A DNA stretch of 64,000 nucleotides from the sequence record ON529860.1; one strand, written 5' to 3'. The notes beneath the pieces were generated by a model that searched no databases, was not told the DNA's origin, and worked only from the letters and a program-made list of their open reading frames with translations. Each line of letters opens with the position of its first letter. Positions within the stretch are counted from its first letter, which is position 1. The position numbers and the translations under genes were made by a program. This document shows positions 1-9,210 of this stretch, piece after piece.

Positions 1-118
1 CGAACGCGACTTGGAAGGTGGCGGGGGCGTCGCCCACGTAGAGGGTCGCGCCGTCCGGCTTGACGCAGACGGCGGCCCCCTCGCGGACCTGAACGGTTCC
101 GATCAGGCGGCGGGCCAT
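1..118 (-). CDS. hypothetical protein (3' end outside window)
   Basis: ATG at 118 overlaps stop of next ORF (ATGA coupling); frame open to window edge. Confidence 0.55.
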   Translation of the reverse strand, partial: MARRLIGTVQVREGAAVCVKPDGATLYVGDAPATFQVAF

Positions 119-417
119 CAGGCGGCGGCCTTCTTGGCGGCGGGCTTATAGCCCTCGACGCGGCCTTCCAGCAGGGCGGACCCGTCCAGCGGACCCTCGA
201 ACGAGTCCACGTCGTCCATGGCCGCCATCGTCACGGCGCGGAAGGCCTTTTTGCGGACGACGGAATTCACCGCCCCGTCGTTGGCGCGGCTGACGGCGCG
301 GTAGCAGGCTTCGGGGTGAGATTGAGCGCGGACGGTCTGCTTATAGACGCCCATGTCGTCGCCCATCCAGAACAGGACGACGAACTCTTGGCGTTCGGGG
401 CGGATCGGGTGTTGCAT
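118..417 (-). CDS. hypothetical protein, 99 aa
   Basis: ORF downstream of CtrA-type promoter at 469; start set at MQHPIRPE. Confidence 0.7.
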   Translation of the reverse strand: MQHPIRPERQEFVVLFWMGDDMGVYKQTVRAQSHPEACYRAVSRANDGAVNSVVRKKAFRAVTMAAMDDVDSFEGPLDGSALLEGRVEGYKPAAKKAAA

Positions 418-545
418 CGCGGGTGGTCCCTTGCGGTGGTTTGTTCCCTTATACATAGGGGACAGAAGTTAACAAGAGGTTAAGACGCGAAAGTTTTTTG
501 GGCGGGGCAGGCGGGCGTTAACCTTAACGACGGGTTAATGGATCA

Positions 546-563
546 GCGGCCCCGAAGGGCCGC
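546..563 (-). terminator. GC hairpin with UUCG loop (example of the cassette terminators)
   Basis: GCGGCCC-TTCG-GGGCCGC just after stop at 569. Related hairpins recur near 10850,11720,14130,18620,20370,21900 (CGCCC(C)GGC-TTCG-GCCGG(G)GCG family) and 9355,16383,19227 (CCGGGTTGTCTCCCCCGG family). Confidence 0.7.
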
Positions 564-568
564 CCCTG

Positions 569-988
569 TCAGGCCGCGACCGGCTGGCGCAACAGGGTCC
601 ACAGGCGGTCCATCGCCTTGTTGACGACGTGGGGCGACCCGACGCCGAACGGCGTGACGTTGACCACGTCGGCGGACTTCCAGACATAGGCCCGGATCGT
701 CGCGACGCGGGGTCCGTGCGGCGGCTGTTCGGTGGTGACGAACAGGGTCACGCCCAAGCCGTGGAAGTCGTAGAAGCCGCCGGGGAACTTCGTGCCGAAG
801 CCCTTCATGGCGCCTTTGTCGAACCAATGGCCGCGACGGCGGCGGTCGTAATCGCGCTCGATGTTGGCGAGGCAATTGCTCGATCCCTCGAAGGCCGGGC
901 CTTCGTGCGGCGCGGGGGCGGCGGCGGCCAGCAAGCCCGGCAGGGCGGCGGCGGCGGCGAGGGCGATGCGTTCGGCTTGGGTGGTCAT
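569..988 (-). CDS. hypothetical protein, 139 aa
   Basis: ORF with GGAGA RBS, promoter at 1030, hairpin after stop. Confidence 0.8.
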   Translation of the reverse strand: MTTQAERIALAAAAALPGLLAAAAPAPHEGPAFEGSSNCLANIERDYDRRRRGHWFDKGAMKGFGTKFPGGFYDFHGLGVTLFVTTEQPPHGPRVATIRAYVWKSADVVNVTPFGVGSPHVVNKAMDRLWTLLRQPVAA

Positions 989-1135
989 GGTCGTCTCCGG
1001 TTTGATAGGTCCAACCTACAGGGGAGAAGTTAACAAAGCGTTAACGGCCGTCAAGGCCTTTCTGGCCGCGCGTTAAGGTTAACGGCGGGCGGGCGACAGG
1101 GATGCGCCCCGGCGCGAGGCCGGGGCGATCCTGGG

Positions 1136-1456
1136 TCAGCCGATCAGGCGCGTCTTGAGCGTCGCCCGGCCTTCCGGCGTCAGCTTGGCGCGTTGGGCGC
1201 GGAGGAAGTCAAGCCCCTTTTGATAGGAGTCGATCCTGCCGCCGTATTGGCGCTCCAACCACTTCAACGGCTCCGGGTAATGCGAGGCGTAGAAGGCCAC
1301 GCGACCCGGCCTGATGCGGGGGAACAGCTTGGCGCGGGCCTCTTTGATCGAGGTCGCGCCGGGGACGGGCAGTTCCGCGACCACGCGCCCCTTGCGGAGG
1401 ATATGGGCCGTGTTCAGTTCCGGCGCGTAGGCGTGGCGTTCGAGGATCAGTTTCAT
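1136..1456 (-). CDS. hypothetical protein, 106 aa
   Basis: RBS, promoter at 1499, hairpin after stop. Confidence 0.8.
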   Translation of the reverse strand: MKLILERHAYAPELNTAHILRKGRVVAELPVPGATSIKEARAKLFPRIRPGRVAFYASHYPEPLKWLERQYGGRIDSYQKGLDFLRAQRAKLTPEGRATLKTRLIG

Positions 1457-1509
1457 CGGTCGTCTCCGTTTCGATCCTTAGACCATAGGCGACAGAAGTT
1501 AACAAGAGG

Positions 1510-2151
1510 TTAAGAGGTGAAGTTTTCCAGATAGCGGCGGCGCATCCCCGCAACCGTCGTCGGCGTGACCCGGACAATGTCGGCGTTTTTGCGCATCATG
1601 TCCGCCCGCATGAACGACGTCGTCGCCAATTGCAGGGTGTGATTCACGCAGGAATGATAGCCGTCTTTCAGGCGTTCAATCGGCCACGTCGCCGGATGCA
1701 GCTTGGCGCGTTCCAAGGTCTCCAACGGGATAGGCACGGCGAGGTCGTCGCGATGCTGATCGGACTCCGTCCGCTCATAGGTCGCGCCGCGCGGATAGAC
1801 GCCCAAGATCAAATCCCCGTTGTTCAGCCGGAACCACGTCAGGCCGGAACGCCCGTCGTCGTCAACCGCTTGCGCCAGCACGTAGCGGGCCACGGCGGCG
1901 TCCGCCGGGACGGCCCACGCCACAACCGAATCGAGCATATTGCCGTCTTCGTCATGGGCGAAGATCGCGGACGGGGGGCCAGGTTCCTCCACGACGCCGG
2001 ACGGGTCTAGGCCATAGCGCCCTTCGAGCCAGACGGCGCGGGCCATGGTCAGGCCGTCGCGATAGGCGTCGCGTTCGGCCTCCGTCTCAAAGGGGCCGTG
2101 CAGGACGTTCGCCGGGCAACGCATGTAAAAGCCAACCGCTGAATCGGTCAT
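1510..2151 (-). CDS. hypothetical protein, 213 aa
   Basis: RBS, promoter at 2194; TAA stop lies inside the next CtrA box. Confidence 0.8.
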   Translation of the reverse strand: MTDSAVGFYMRCPANVLHGPFETEAERDAYRDGLTMARAVWLEGRYGLDPSGVVEEPGPPSAIFAHDEDGNMLDSVVAWAVPADAAVARYVLAQAVDDDGRSGLTWFRLNNGDLILGVYPRGATYERTESDQHRDDLAVPIPLETLERAKLHPATWPIERLKDGYHSCVNHTLQLATTSFMRADMMRKNADIVRVTPTTVAGMRRRYLENFTS

Positions 2152-2258
2152 CGGGGTCTCCCTTGATTGAGCCTCCTGTCTAGCACTGATTCGTTAACAA
2201 GAGGTTAACGTCGCGGAACGGACGGGCGTTAACCTTAACGGGCGGTAAGGGTAGAACG

Positions 2259-2489
2259 TCACCGGACAGGCCGGTAACGCTCCACGGGATAAGAGCCCGC
2301 TTTGGTGTAGATGGCGTAGGCGCCGTCGGCGTCGGGACCCAGGCAGGCAAAGGCGCCGCGCGAGGCATTGCGATTGCGCCGGTAGAACAGGGCGAGGAAT
2401 CCTGCGGGCGTTTTGGCTGCGGTCTCTTCAAGGTCCGGCAAGTCGCGGGAGCGACCATCCTCATAGTCGGTGACACTGTAGCGTTTCAA
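2259..2489 (-). CDS. hypothetical protein, about 76 aa (TTG start)
   Basis: GGAGG upstream of TTG, promoter at 2533. Confidence 0.65.
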   Translation of the reverse strand: MKRYSVTDYEDGRSRDLPDLEETAAKTPAGFLALFYRRNRNASRGAFACLGPDADGAYAIYTKAGSYPVERYRPVR

Positions 2490-2597
2490 GGGGCTTCCTC
2501 CATTGCTGCCCCATTCTTGTAGCACTGATTCGTTAACAAGAGGTTAACGCGTTTCGGCGGTGGGCGTTAACCTTAACGGGCGTTAGGAAAGCCAGGG

Positions 2598-3008
2598 TCA
2601 CAGGCCCCGGCAGGTGGGACCGAACCCGGACTCGATCGACACGGGATCGGTCAGGGGCAGGGCGCAGCGCCCGCAGCGGCCCTCATGATAGACCTTGAGG
2701 GCGGGCGGGATGCGCCCGGCGGCGAGGTGGGGCCACGCCCACGCGAAGGCGCGCGCGGACGGGGCGTCGGCGCCGATGGGGGCGCGGCGGCCATGCCGGA
2801 ACGAATCATCAGCGAAGATCGTGCCGAGGAAGGTGTAGTCGGCTTCGTTGTCCGCGCCGGTCAGGACCGACACGAACCAGACGCTATCCTTGGCGCCCAC
2901 GCGATAGGTGTAGCGGGCGCCGGTGGCCTCGCTGACCAGCGTGACGCGGGCGCGACCGGCGAGCATGAAGCGGCGGACGTTCTCGGCGGACATTTCAGCG
3001 GCGGACAT
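2598..3008 (-). CDS. DUF6011-like protein (C-terminal Cys motif)
   Basis: C-terminus CGRCALPLTDPVSIESGFGPTC resembles the DUF6011 signature. Confidence 0.7.
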   Translation of the reverse strand: MSAAEMSAENVRRFMLAGRARVTLVSEATGARYTYRVGAKDSVWFVSVLTGADNEADYTFLGTIFADDSFRHGRRAPIGADAPSARAFAWAWPHLAAGRIPPALKVYHEGRCGRCALPLTDPVSIESGFGPTCRGL

Positions 3009-3148
3009 GGGGTCGGCTCCGGGCGGGTGATCCTGTCACCCTAGAGCCGATTCGTTAACAAAAGGTTAAAGACAGATCGACGCCGGGACGCGTTAAGGTT
3101 AACGGCGGGCGGGCGCGGGAAGCCGCCCGGCGAACCGGGCGGCGGGGG

Positions 3149-3658
3149 TCACGGGGCCAGAGGATCGGGAGCCGGGATGATCTCGACGTGTCGCCTGCCC
3201 TGCTTGACGCGCCCGACCTTGATTCGCTTCTCGGCGGCGGCGCGCGCCCATTCGGTGCGCGTGGTCTCGGCGGCGTGGCGGCCCGTCTCATCAACGGCGC
3301 TATAGATGGAATAGAGCAGGCCGAACAACGCGACCTCCGGCATGGCCTTGATCGCCTCCAGCATTTCGCCGTTGTCATAGGCCCCGGACACTTCCACGAC
3401 GCGGGTGCCGGCGCCGTGGTGCATCAGGATATAGAAGGTCGATTTGCGGTCGCGGCGGCGCTCGCTTTCGCCGGTGCGGCGGACGGCCAGCTTGACGTCA
3501 TAGGCGCGGTAACAGACGCCGGTCCCCGGCTTGCCGTTGTCGCTTCCCAGGATGCGCATTTCGCGTTCCGGCAGGGGATGACGCAGGACCTCGAAGGGCT
3601 CGAAAGTCGTGTCGTCGGCGTAGCCCGATCCACGGGCGATGATGGCGCTTTTCAGCAT
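3149..3658 (-). CDS. hypothetical protein, 169 aa
   Basis: GGAGA RBS, hairpin after stop. Confidence 0.8.
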   Translation of the reverse strand: MLKSAIIARGSGYADDTTFEPFEVLRHPLPEREMRILGSDNGKPGTGVCYRAYDVKLAVRRTGESERRRDRKSTFYILMHHGAGTRVVEVSGAYDNGEMLEAIKAMPEVALFGLLYSIYSAVDETGRHAAETTRTEWARAAAEKRIKVGRVKQGRRHVEIIPAPDPLAP

Positions 3659-3712
3659 GAGGGGTCTCCGGTTGCGGGCCTGTTGAGAGACAGGCCCGGC
3701 GTGAATAGGGGC

Positions 3713-4150
3713 TTAACCCGTGATGTCTTCGGTGCGGTCGCGCAGGGCCTCGGCGTAGGTGTCGAAGGGCGCCGATTCGGCCTCTTGTTCTGCGTCATAC
3801 CAATGGAACCGCTTGACCGGGGCGGCGTCTTCCGTCGCGCCGGGGTAGGTGCGCTGAAAGACTTCCAAGTCGTCCAGATCGCCGTCTTCCGGGTCCAGTT
3901 GCAGGTTGAGGGGCGCGGGCGCCTCTGGAACCTTGCCGCTCGAATAGACGTCCACACAGACGCCCATGAAGGTCGCGATTTCGGTCGCCTGCGTCAGAAA
4001 CTGGCGTTGATACGAATCGGGCAGGGCTTGAGCCACGGCCACGGCGAAGGCGTCCGAGGCGAGGCACCAGACCAGTTCCGTAAAGGTCTCGACGCCGTCG
4101 TCCATGTCGGCGTAACCGATGACGGTGTAAAAGGCGGGGCGTTCAGCCAT
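3713..4150 (-). CDS. hypothetical acidic protein, 145 aa
   Basis: RBS, promoter at 4193. Confidence 0.8.
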   Translation of the reverse strand: MAERPAFYTVIGYADMDDGVETFTELVWCLASDAFAVAVAQALPDSYQRQFLTQATEIATFMGVCVDVYSSGKVPEAPAPLNLQLDPEDGDLDDLEVFQRTYPGATEDAAPVKRFHWYDAEQEAESAPFDTYAEALRDRTEDITG

Positions 4151-4340
4151 GGGGCTCTCCTGTTGCGTTGGGGATACCCTAGTCCGCAGAAGTTAACAAT
4201 AGGTTAAGATGCTGAAGATTTCCCGGCGGGCGGGGCGGGCGTTAACCTTAACGCGCCGTTAACCTTAACGGCGGACGGGCAGGGGCGGCCCCGGCCTAGA
4301 GCCGGGGCGCCGGGGCGGCGTCGTTCCGCCCCGTTCCCTG

Positions 4341-4538
4341 TCAGTCTTCGTCCGGGCGATAATCCGGGGCGGGATCGAAGCGACCGCAGAAGGTGCGGCC
4401 CTCCGATTCCATGCCGGGCTCAAAATCCCGGATGACGTAGAGCGCCCGGCCCACGGTGTTGAGGTTGAGCACCGCCACCGGGGCGCCCTTCCGGTTTGCG
4501 GTGCGTTGCGCGTCGCGCTTGACCTGATCGAGGCCCAT
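4341..4538 (-). CDS. hypothetical protein, 65 aa
   Basis: 3 nt after upstream stop; hairpin after stop. Confidence 0.7.
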   Translation of the reverse strand: MGLDQVKRDAQRTANRKGAPVAVLNLNTVGRALYVIRDFEPGMESEGRTFCGRFDPAPDYRPDED

Positions 4539-4541
4539 GGG

Positions 4542-4910
4542 TCAGCCCTCGTAACGGTCGTGAACCGAAACCGGGCCGCCGAAGCGGGGACCGCCGAGGC
4601 GTTCCACGGCTTCGTTGAAACGGCTGTCCGTCGTTCCGGCGTAGTTGCCGCCCGCCATCAGCCAGCGCGTGTCCATCTCGCCGGTGTCCGTCGCCGGGAC
4701 GATCTTGACCGCGCCGGGGACGTTGCCCTTGACCAGATAGGCGGCGGGGCGCGCCGGGTTGGGATCGAACGGGCCATCGACGTTGACCAAGGTCAGTTGC
4801 GCGACCTTGGACGACACGCCGCCGTTGGTGCAATCCACCGAGTCCAGCTTGATGATGTCGCCGGGGTGGTCGGCGGCGGCGCGGCGGTAGATGGAAACGA
4901 TCAGGCCCAT
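4542..4910 (-). CDS. conserved phage hypothetical protein (DCTNGGVS...GGNYAGTTDSRF motif)
   Basis: Motif pattern familiar from phage early-region proteins; AGGAG RBS; promoter at 4955. Confidence 0.75.
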   Translation of the reverse strand: MGLIVSIYRRAAADHPGDIIKLDSVDCTNGGVSSKVAQLTLVNVDGPFDPNPARPAAYLVKGNVPGAVKIVPATDTGEMDTRWLMAGGNYAGTTDSRFNEAVERLGGPRFGGPVSVHDRYEG

Positions 4911-4984
4911 GGGGCTCTCCTTTGTTTTGACCTTCACACCATAGCGCGAAGGTCTTAACAAGAGGTTAACGCCGGAAAGATTTT

Positions 4985-5152
4985 TCAGGCGGCGGAAAAC
5001 AGCGCGGCGGTCGAGACGCCGCCCAGCAGGGCGCGGCGGAACGGGTCGAGCGCGAGCGCCGGGGCGGCCTTGGCCTTGCGGGCGCGCGGCTTGGGGGCGG
5101 CCTTCGCGGCGGCGGGCTTGCGGGCGCGGGTCGTCTTCGGGGCGTCGGTCAT
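4985..5152 (-). CDS. 55-aa Lys/Ala-rich peptide ending in a Tat-signal-like segment
   Basis: Own degenerate promoter at 5209; basic N-part followed by FRRALLGGVSTAALFSAA. Confidence 0.65.
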   Translation of the reverse strand: MTDAPKTTRARKPAAAKAAPKPRARKAKAAPALALDPFRRALLGGVSTAALFSAA

Positions 5153-5310
5153 GGCGGGGCCTTTCAGCAGGGGTTGAAGTCCAGAGCCCCCAGCCTCGCA
5201 CTGATTCCTTACCAAAGGATTAACGGGCCAGGCCGCGCCGGGCGGGCGTTAACCTTAACGGCGCGGGCGGGACCGTTAACCACGGCGGAGGGGTCCGCCG
5301 TGGTCGTGGG

Positions 5311-5649
5311 TCACTTCACCCCGGCGATGATCGAGCAATCGCCGTAAAACTTGCCTTGGAACGGCAGGCAGTCGCCTTGCGGGGTGATGTGGTGCTCAAT
5401 CCAGAACCGGTCGTCGCCCTCGACCTTGGAGCCGTGCGCGTTGCTGTAGCCCTTGGCTTCCCACTCGGCGATGACTTCGGGGAAGGCGGCGCGGAAGGCC
5501 TCGCGCTCCATGGCGAACTTGAGTTCGCTCATGTAGGTGATCTGGATATAGCGGAAGGGGCCGATGGTCGGGCCTTCGAATCCCCAGTCTTCCATGTTTT
5601 GATCGGCGTCATCGCGGCCATGGAACAGGCGCAGGTGAACGTCGGACAT
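5311..5649 (-). CDS. hypothetical protein, 112 aa
   Basis: AGGAG RBS, promoter at 5694. Confidence 0.8.
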   Translation of the reverse strand: MSDVHLRLFHGRDDADQNMEDWGFEGPTIGPFRYIQITYMSELKFAMEREAFRAAFPEVIAEWEAKGYSNAHGSKVEGDDRFWIEHHITPQGDCLPFQGKFYGDCSIIAGVK

Positions 5650-5826
5650 TGGTCGTCTCCTCTTTCGATACAGACCACTATAGAGGCGATTCGTTAACAA
5701 GGGGTTAACGCCGGGACGATTTTTCGGGGGCGCGGGCGGGCGTTAACCTTAACAGCGCGTTAACCTTAACGACCGGTTTACGCCCCCGTTAACCATGGCG
5801 GGGGCGCCGCCATGGTCGGGGTCCGA

Positions 5827-6078
5827 TCAGGCCGCCGGGGGCGGCGGGATCGGGTGGCGCGCGGCGAGGCTCTTGGCGGTCCACGCGTCGGGGGTCGAGA
5901 GGTCGTAGGCCTCGGCGAACAGGCGGGCGCAGTCCTGCACCGTCTCGCCCGTCAGGTGGTCTTCATACCAGCTACGCAGTTGGTCTTCATCGGCCCCGGC
6001 GTCGCGGTAGTCGATGCCGTAGCCCGCCAGCAGGGCGGCGTTGGCGGCGGCGAGCCAGAGTTCAAACGTGGGATACAT
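5827..6078 (-). CDS. hypothetical protein, 83 aa
   Basis: RBS, promoter at 6125. Confidence 0.75.
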   Translation of the reverse strand: MYPTFELWLAAANAALLAGYGIDYRDAGADEDQLRSWYEDHLTGETVQDCARLFAEAYDLSTPDAWTAKSLAARHPIPPPPAA

Positions 6079-6266
6079 CGGGCGTCTCTCCTTGTTCCGA
6101 TGCTTAGACCATATCCGGCAGAAGTTAACAAGAGGTTAAGACCGGAAAGATTTTTCAGGGGTCGTCCGGGGCGGCGTTAACCTTAACAGGCCTTAAGGTT
6201 TTGTTAAGGTTAACGGGCGGGGCCTGGAAATGGTTAACGGCCGTTAACCACTCCCCTTAACCGTCC

Positions 6267-6551
6267 CTAGTTGGGACGGTCGTCGACGAACTCGATTTTC
6301 TGTTCCGTCGTGGCGATCAGGGCCGTGACGTCGGCGATGGCGTCGTCCAGTTTGGCGGCGCCCTTGTAGGTCTTGCCGGTCCAGCCGCCGACCATCGCCA
6401 GCAGGTTCTTGGCGGTGTAGGCCCGGTTGACCTTCATGCCGATCTTGAGGGCGCGCAGGCCTTGGCGAACAACGATCATCTGGTAGCGGGTGATGGCCGC
6501 GCCGGTGTGGGTGACGGCGCCGTGTTCGGAGATGTGGACTAGATCGGTCAT
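6267..6551 (-). CDS. hypothetical protein, 94 aa
   Basis: Promoter at 6596, plausible composition. Confidence 0.75.
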   Translation of the reverse strand: MTDLVHISEHGAVTHTGAAITRYQMIVVRQGLRALKIGMKVNRAYTAKNLLAMVGGWTGKTYKGAAKLDDAIADVTALIATTEQKIEFVDDRPN

Positions 6552-6747
6552 GTCTGTGTTCCCTTGTTGGTGAGATCACTATAGCGACCCAGTTCTTAAC
6601 AACAAGTTAAAATCGAAATAGATCGTGCTTAACGGGAATGGTTAATTTTTCGGGGCTGGGCGTTAACCTTAACAAGAGGTTAACGGCTGTTAAGGTTAAC
6701 GCCGGAGGGTCAGGCGAGACCGCCCCGGCGAACCGGGGCGGCGGGGA

Positions 6748-7371
6748 TCAGCCCAGTTGAATCGTGCCGTCGTCGGCGGTGTAGAGATAGACTTCTTCGG
6801 GGTATTTTTGCGCGGCTTCCGTCAGGGCCTCGCCCTCCGCTTCGGGCCAGTCGCCGTCTTCCCAGAACCCGACGCCGTTACGGGTCCGGGTCATGTAGAA
6901 GTCATATCCGGCCTGCTCTTGCACCGAACAATTGACCGCGCGGACCTCGCCCGACGCATAGGCCGCTTCCAAGGTGGCGGCGTTCTCGCGTTGGAAGCGT
7001 TCGCAGTCCGCGACCATTTCGCGCAAGCCGTCCGGGTGAATCTCTTCCGGGCAAATGGTGTTGTCACGGTCCGAATCGGCGGCGGGGTGTCCGGTCGGAT
7101 ACTCGGCGCCGTTCGAGGCGGCGGCGCCGATGTAGCCCCGCGTGAACGGATCGCACGGCGTCAGGACGGCCCAGGCATCGGCTTCATAGGCGGCGCGCGC
7201 CTTGGCGTTGGCCTCTTCGAGGGCGTCCACAACCGCGCGGGCTTCCGCGACCAGAGCGGCGGGTTCGGTGTGCGGAAATTGCATCACCGTCAGGGCGGCG
7301 ATCTGTTGCGCCGTCAGGGGGCTGTAGTCGGGGACCGTGGTTTCGGCGGTCAGCTTGGCGAGGGTCGTCAT
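6748..7371 (-). CDS. conserved phage hypothetical protein (AGYDFYMTRxRNGVGFW motif)
   Basis: Resembles the common phage motif GHDFWLTRNGHGAGFWD; promoter at 7416. Confidence 0.75.
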   Translation of the reverse strand: MTTLAKLTAETTVPDYSPLTAQQIAALTVMQFPHTEPAALVAEARAVVDALEEANAKARAAYEADAWAVLTPCDPFTRGYIGAAASNGAEYPTGHPAADSDRDNTICPEEIHPDGLREMVADCERFQRENAATLEAAYASGEVRAVNCSVQEQAGYDFYMTRTRNGVGFWEDGDWPEAEGEALTEAAQKYPEEVYLYTADDGTIQLG

Positions 7372-7738
7372 GGGGTTGCTCCCGTTGATGTGCGGGCATA
7401 TTGCACGCCAAGGTCTTAACAACAAGTTAACGCCGCGTAGATTTTTCAGGGCGGGCGGTCGTTAAGGTTAATGCGAAAGACTCGCACAGGGCGGCGTTAA
7501 CCTTAACGGAATCGTCCGAAAAATTAACCATGCCCGTTGACGCTTTCTTAACGACTCGGCGCTAGGCTCAAGGGTTCCATAGCCACGCCTCGCGCCGGGT
7601 CCGACCCCCCGCGCGCGGTGTCACGCGCTCGCCTCATCCGGGGCGGGGCGCCCGGCCACGCGCCCCGACATCAGGAGGCGCGAGCCCGCCCGGCTGGGCG
7701 GTCGATCGGTCATGCCGGCGACCGCCAGGGCGGGGGTG

Positions 7739-7918
7739 CGTCGAATCGAAACGGCGTCAGGTCAAGTCGGCCGGCGTCGAAACGAAACGGCGTCAGGTCA
7801 AGTGCGTGCGCGTCGAATCGAAATGGCGTCAAGTCAAGTTCGCTTGCGTCAAATCGAAATGGCGTCAGGTCAAGTGCGCTTGCATCAAATCGAAACGGCG
7901 TCAGGTCAAGTGCGCGGG
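7739..7918. repeat. 5 x 36-bp tandem repeat (CGTCRAATCGAAAYGGCGTCARGTCAAGT...)
   Basis: Units start at 7739,7775,7811,7847,7883; no spacers. Confidence 0.95.
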
Positions 7919-8007
7919 CGTCAAGTTCGCCTGGGCGGGACGCGCCGACGCCCGGCGGGCGAATGCCGACCGGGCGTCTTTTGATCAGGCGGGAGCCCGA
8001 TGAATTC

Positions 8008-8214
8008 GAGTCACGGAACCTAAAAACAGAGTCCGATGAGCACGAGGGCGAAAACCATCTTCGACGCGCTACAGAGTTTATCGAGCATATTCAGGGGCTT
8101 CCTTCTACTACGGAGTCACGTCTGGTGGAAAACGTGACAGGGAACCGCCGGAGTCATCGTTGGGGGCTAAACTGACTCCGAATTGGAGTCACGTCTGGTG
8201 GAAAACGTGACTCC
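8008..8214. repeat. GAGTCACG motif cluster with GAGTCAC-N14-GTGACTC palindromes
   Basis: Copies at 8008,8113,8151,8186; perfect 10-bp inverted repeat at 8185-8214; 27-bp direct repeat at 8112/8185. Confidence 0.9.
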
Positions 8215-8226
8215 GGGGTTTCGGTT

Positions 8227-9210
8227 TCAGGCCTCGGCTTGGAGGACGACCGTGGCGGCGGTCGTGCGGCTGGCGAACTGCTCGCTCGCGATGTCCCCCT
8301 TCAGACCCTCAAAAGCCATGATGCTCGCCCGCAGGTCCGGGGCGATGTAGTCGGTCCCCTCAGCGGTCGCGTCCGCCTGAAACAGGTCCAGCAGGCGCGC
8401 CCGCACCCCGGCGGCGTCGTCCGCATAGAGGATCGGCGCACCCTCTTGCTCGGGCTCGATCCGATACGGGCGGCGCTCCAGCCTAAGGTCGAAGGGTCCG
8501 CTCCACGTCTTGACTTCGGGCGGCGCCAGAGCGGCGTCGATCAGGGAGTCGCAGAGGTCCTTCGACAGGTCAGCGCAGGCGTCGGCCTCATTCTGCGAGA
8601 CGTAGAAGGTGTGACGGGCCTCATCGACCGCCAAGGCGTGATCGGCCACCCAGGCCTGGCCTTGGAAGGTCGCGCGGTAGGGCAGGGTCTCGGGCGCCGG
8701 CTGGGCGGGCGCCGGGGGATCGCGGTCCAGCCAGTAGCGGTAGAGGGCAGCCCACGCCCGCGCGCGCTGACGGTCGCCCGTCGTGGGCAGGTAGGCGTCG
8801 TGCAGGGCCTCGGCGGCGGCGGTGCGATCCGGCGTGTCCGGATCGGCCTGATCCGCATCAAAGGCGTCGAAGGTCAGCAGGACGGCCTGCGTATGGCGGG
8901 CGGTCCACTCACCGGCAGGACCTGCCGCCAGAACCTCGCGCACCTCGGGGAGCGTCAGGTGGGAAAACCGGGCAGGGTCCCCGGCGATAAATTCCGAAGG
9001 GTCCCCGACCTGCGATTCGGCAGGGTCCCCGGTGATGAATTGCGCAGGGTCCCCGGCGATGGATTCGGCAGGGTCCCCCCGCTCGATTCCGTCCGCGATG
9101 ACGTAGAGCCGGCCGATCAGGCCTTGGGCGGCCTCCGGCGTGGGGTTGTGGCGCAGCGCCAGCACTTGGGCGGCGGCGGCGCGGATCAGGGCGGGATAGG
9201 TGGTGCTCAT
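8227..9210 (-). CDS. hypothetical protein, 327 aa, with 5 x 8-aa GDPxxxxx repeat
   Basis: AGGAG RBS, promoter at 9263; repeat encoded by 24-bp GGGTCCC units at 8975-9077. Confidence 0.75.
   Translation of the reverse strand: MSTTYPALIRAAAAQVLALRHNPTPEAAQGLIGRLYVIADGIERGDPAESIAGDPAQFITGDPAESQVGDPSEFIAGDPARFSHLTLPEVREVLAAGPAGEWTARHTQAVLLTFDAFDADQADPDTPDRTAAAEALHDAYLPTTGDRQRARAWAALYRYWLDRDPPAPAQPAPETLPYRATFQGQAWVADHALAVDEARHTFYVSQNEADACADLSKDLCDSLIDAALAPPEVKTWSGPFDLRLERRPYRIEPEQEGAPILYADDAAGVRARLLDLFQADATAEGTDYIAPDLRASIMAFEGLKGDIASEQFASRTTAATVVLQAEA

Noticed and set aside
3676-3697. Hairpin GGGCCTGT-N6-ACAGGCCC between two genes as a terminator
   Set aside because: No U-tract, and the downstream gene has no promoter of its own; more likely a processing or stability stem.
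7739-7918. CRISPR array (36-bp repeat length)
   Set aside because: Units are head-to-tail with no unique spacers; the same holds for the 16-, 25- and 32-bp arrays; no cas genes.
7618-8175. Plus-strand ORFs across the 36-bp repeat, and 25263-26189 across locus B
   Set aside because: No RBS; low-complexity translations are a by-product of stop-free repeats.
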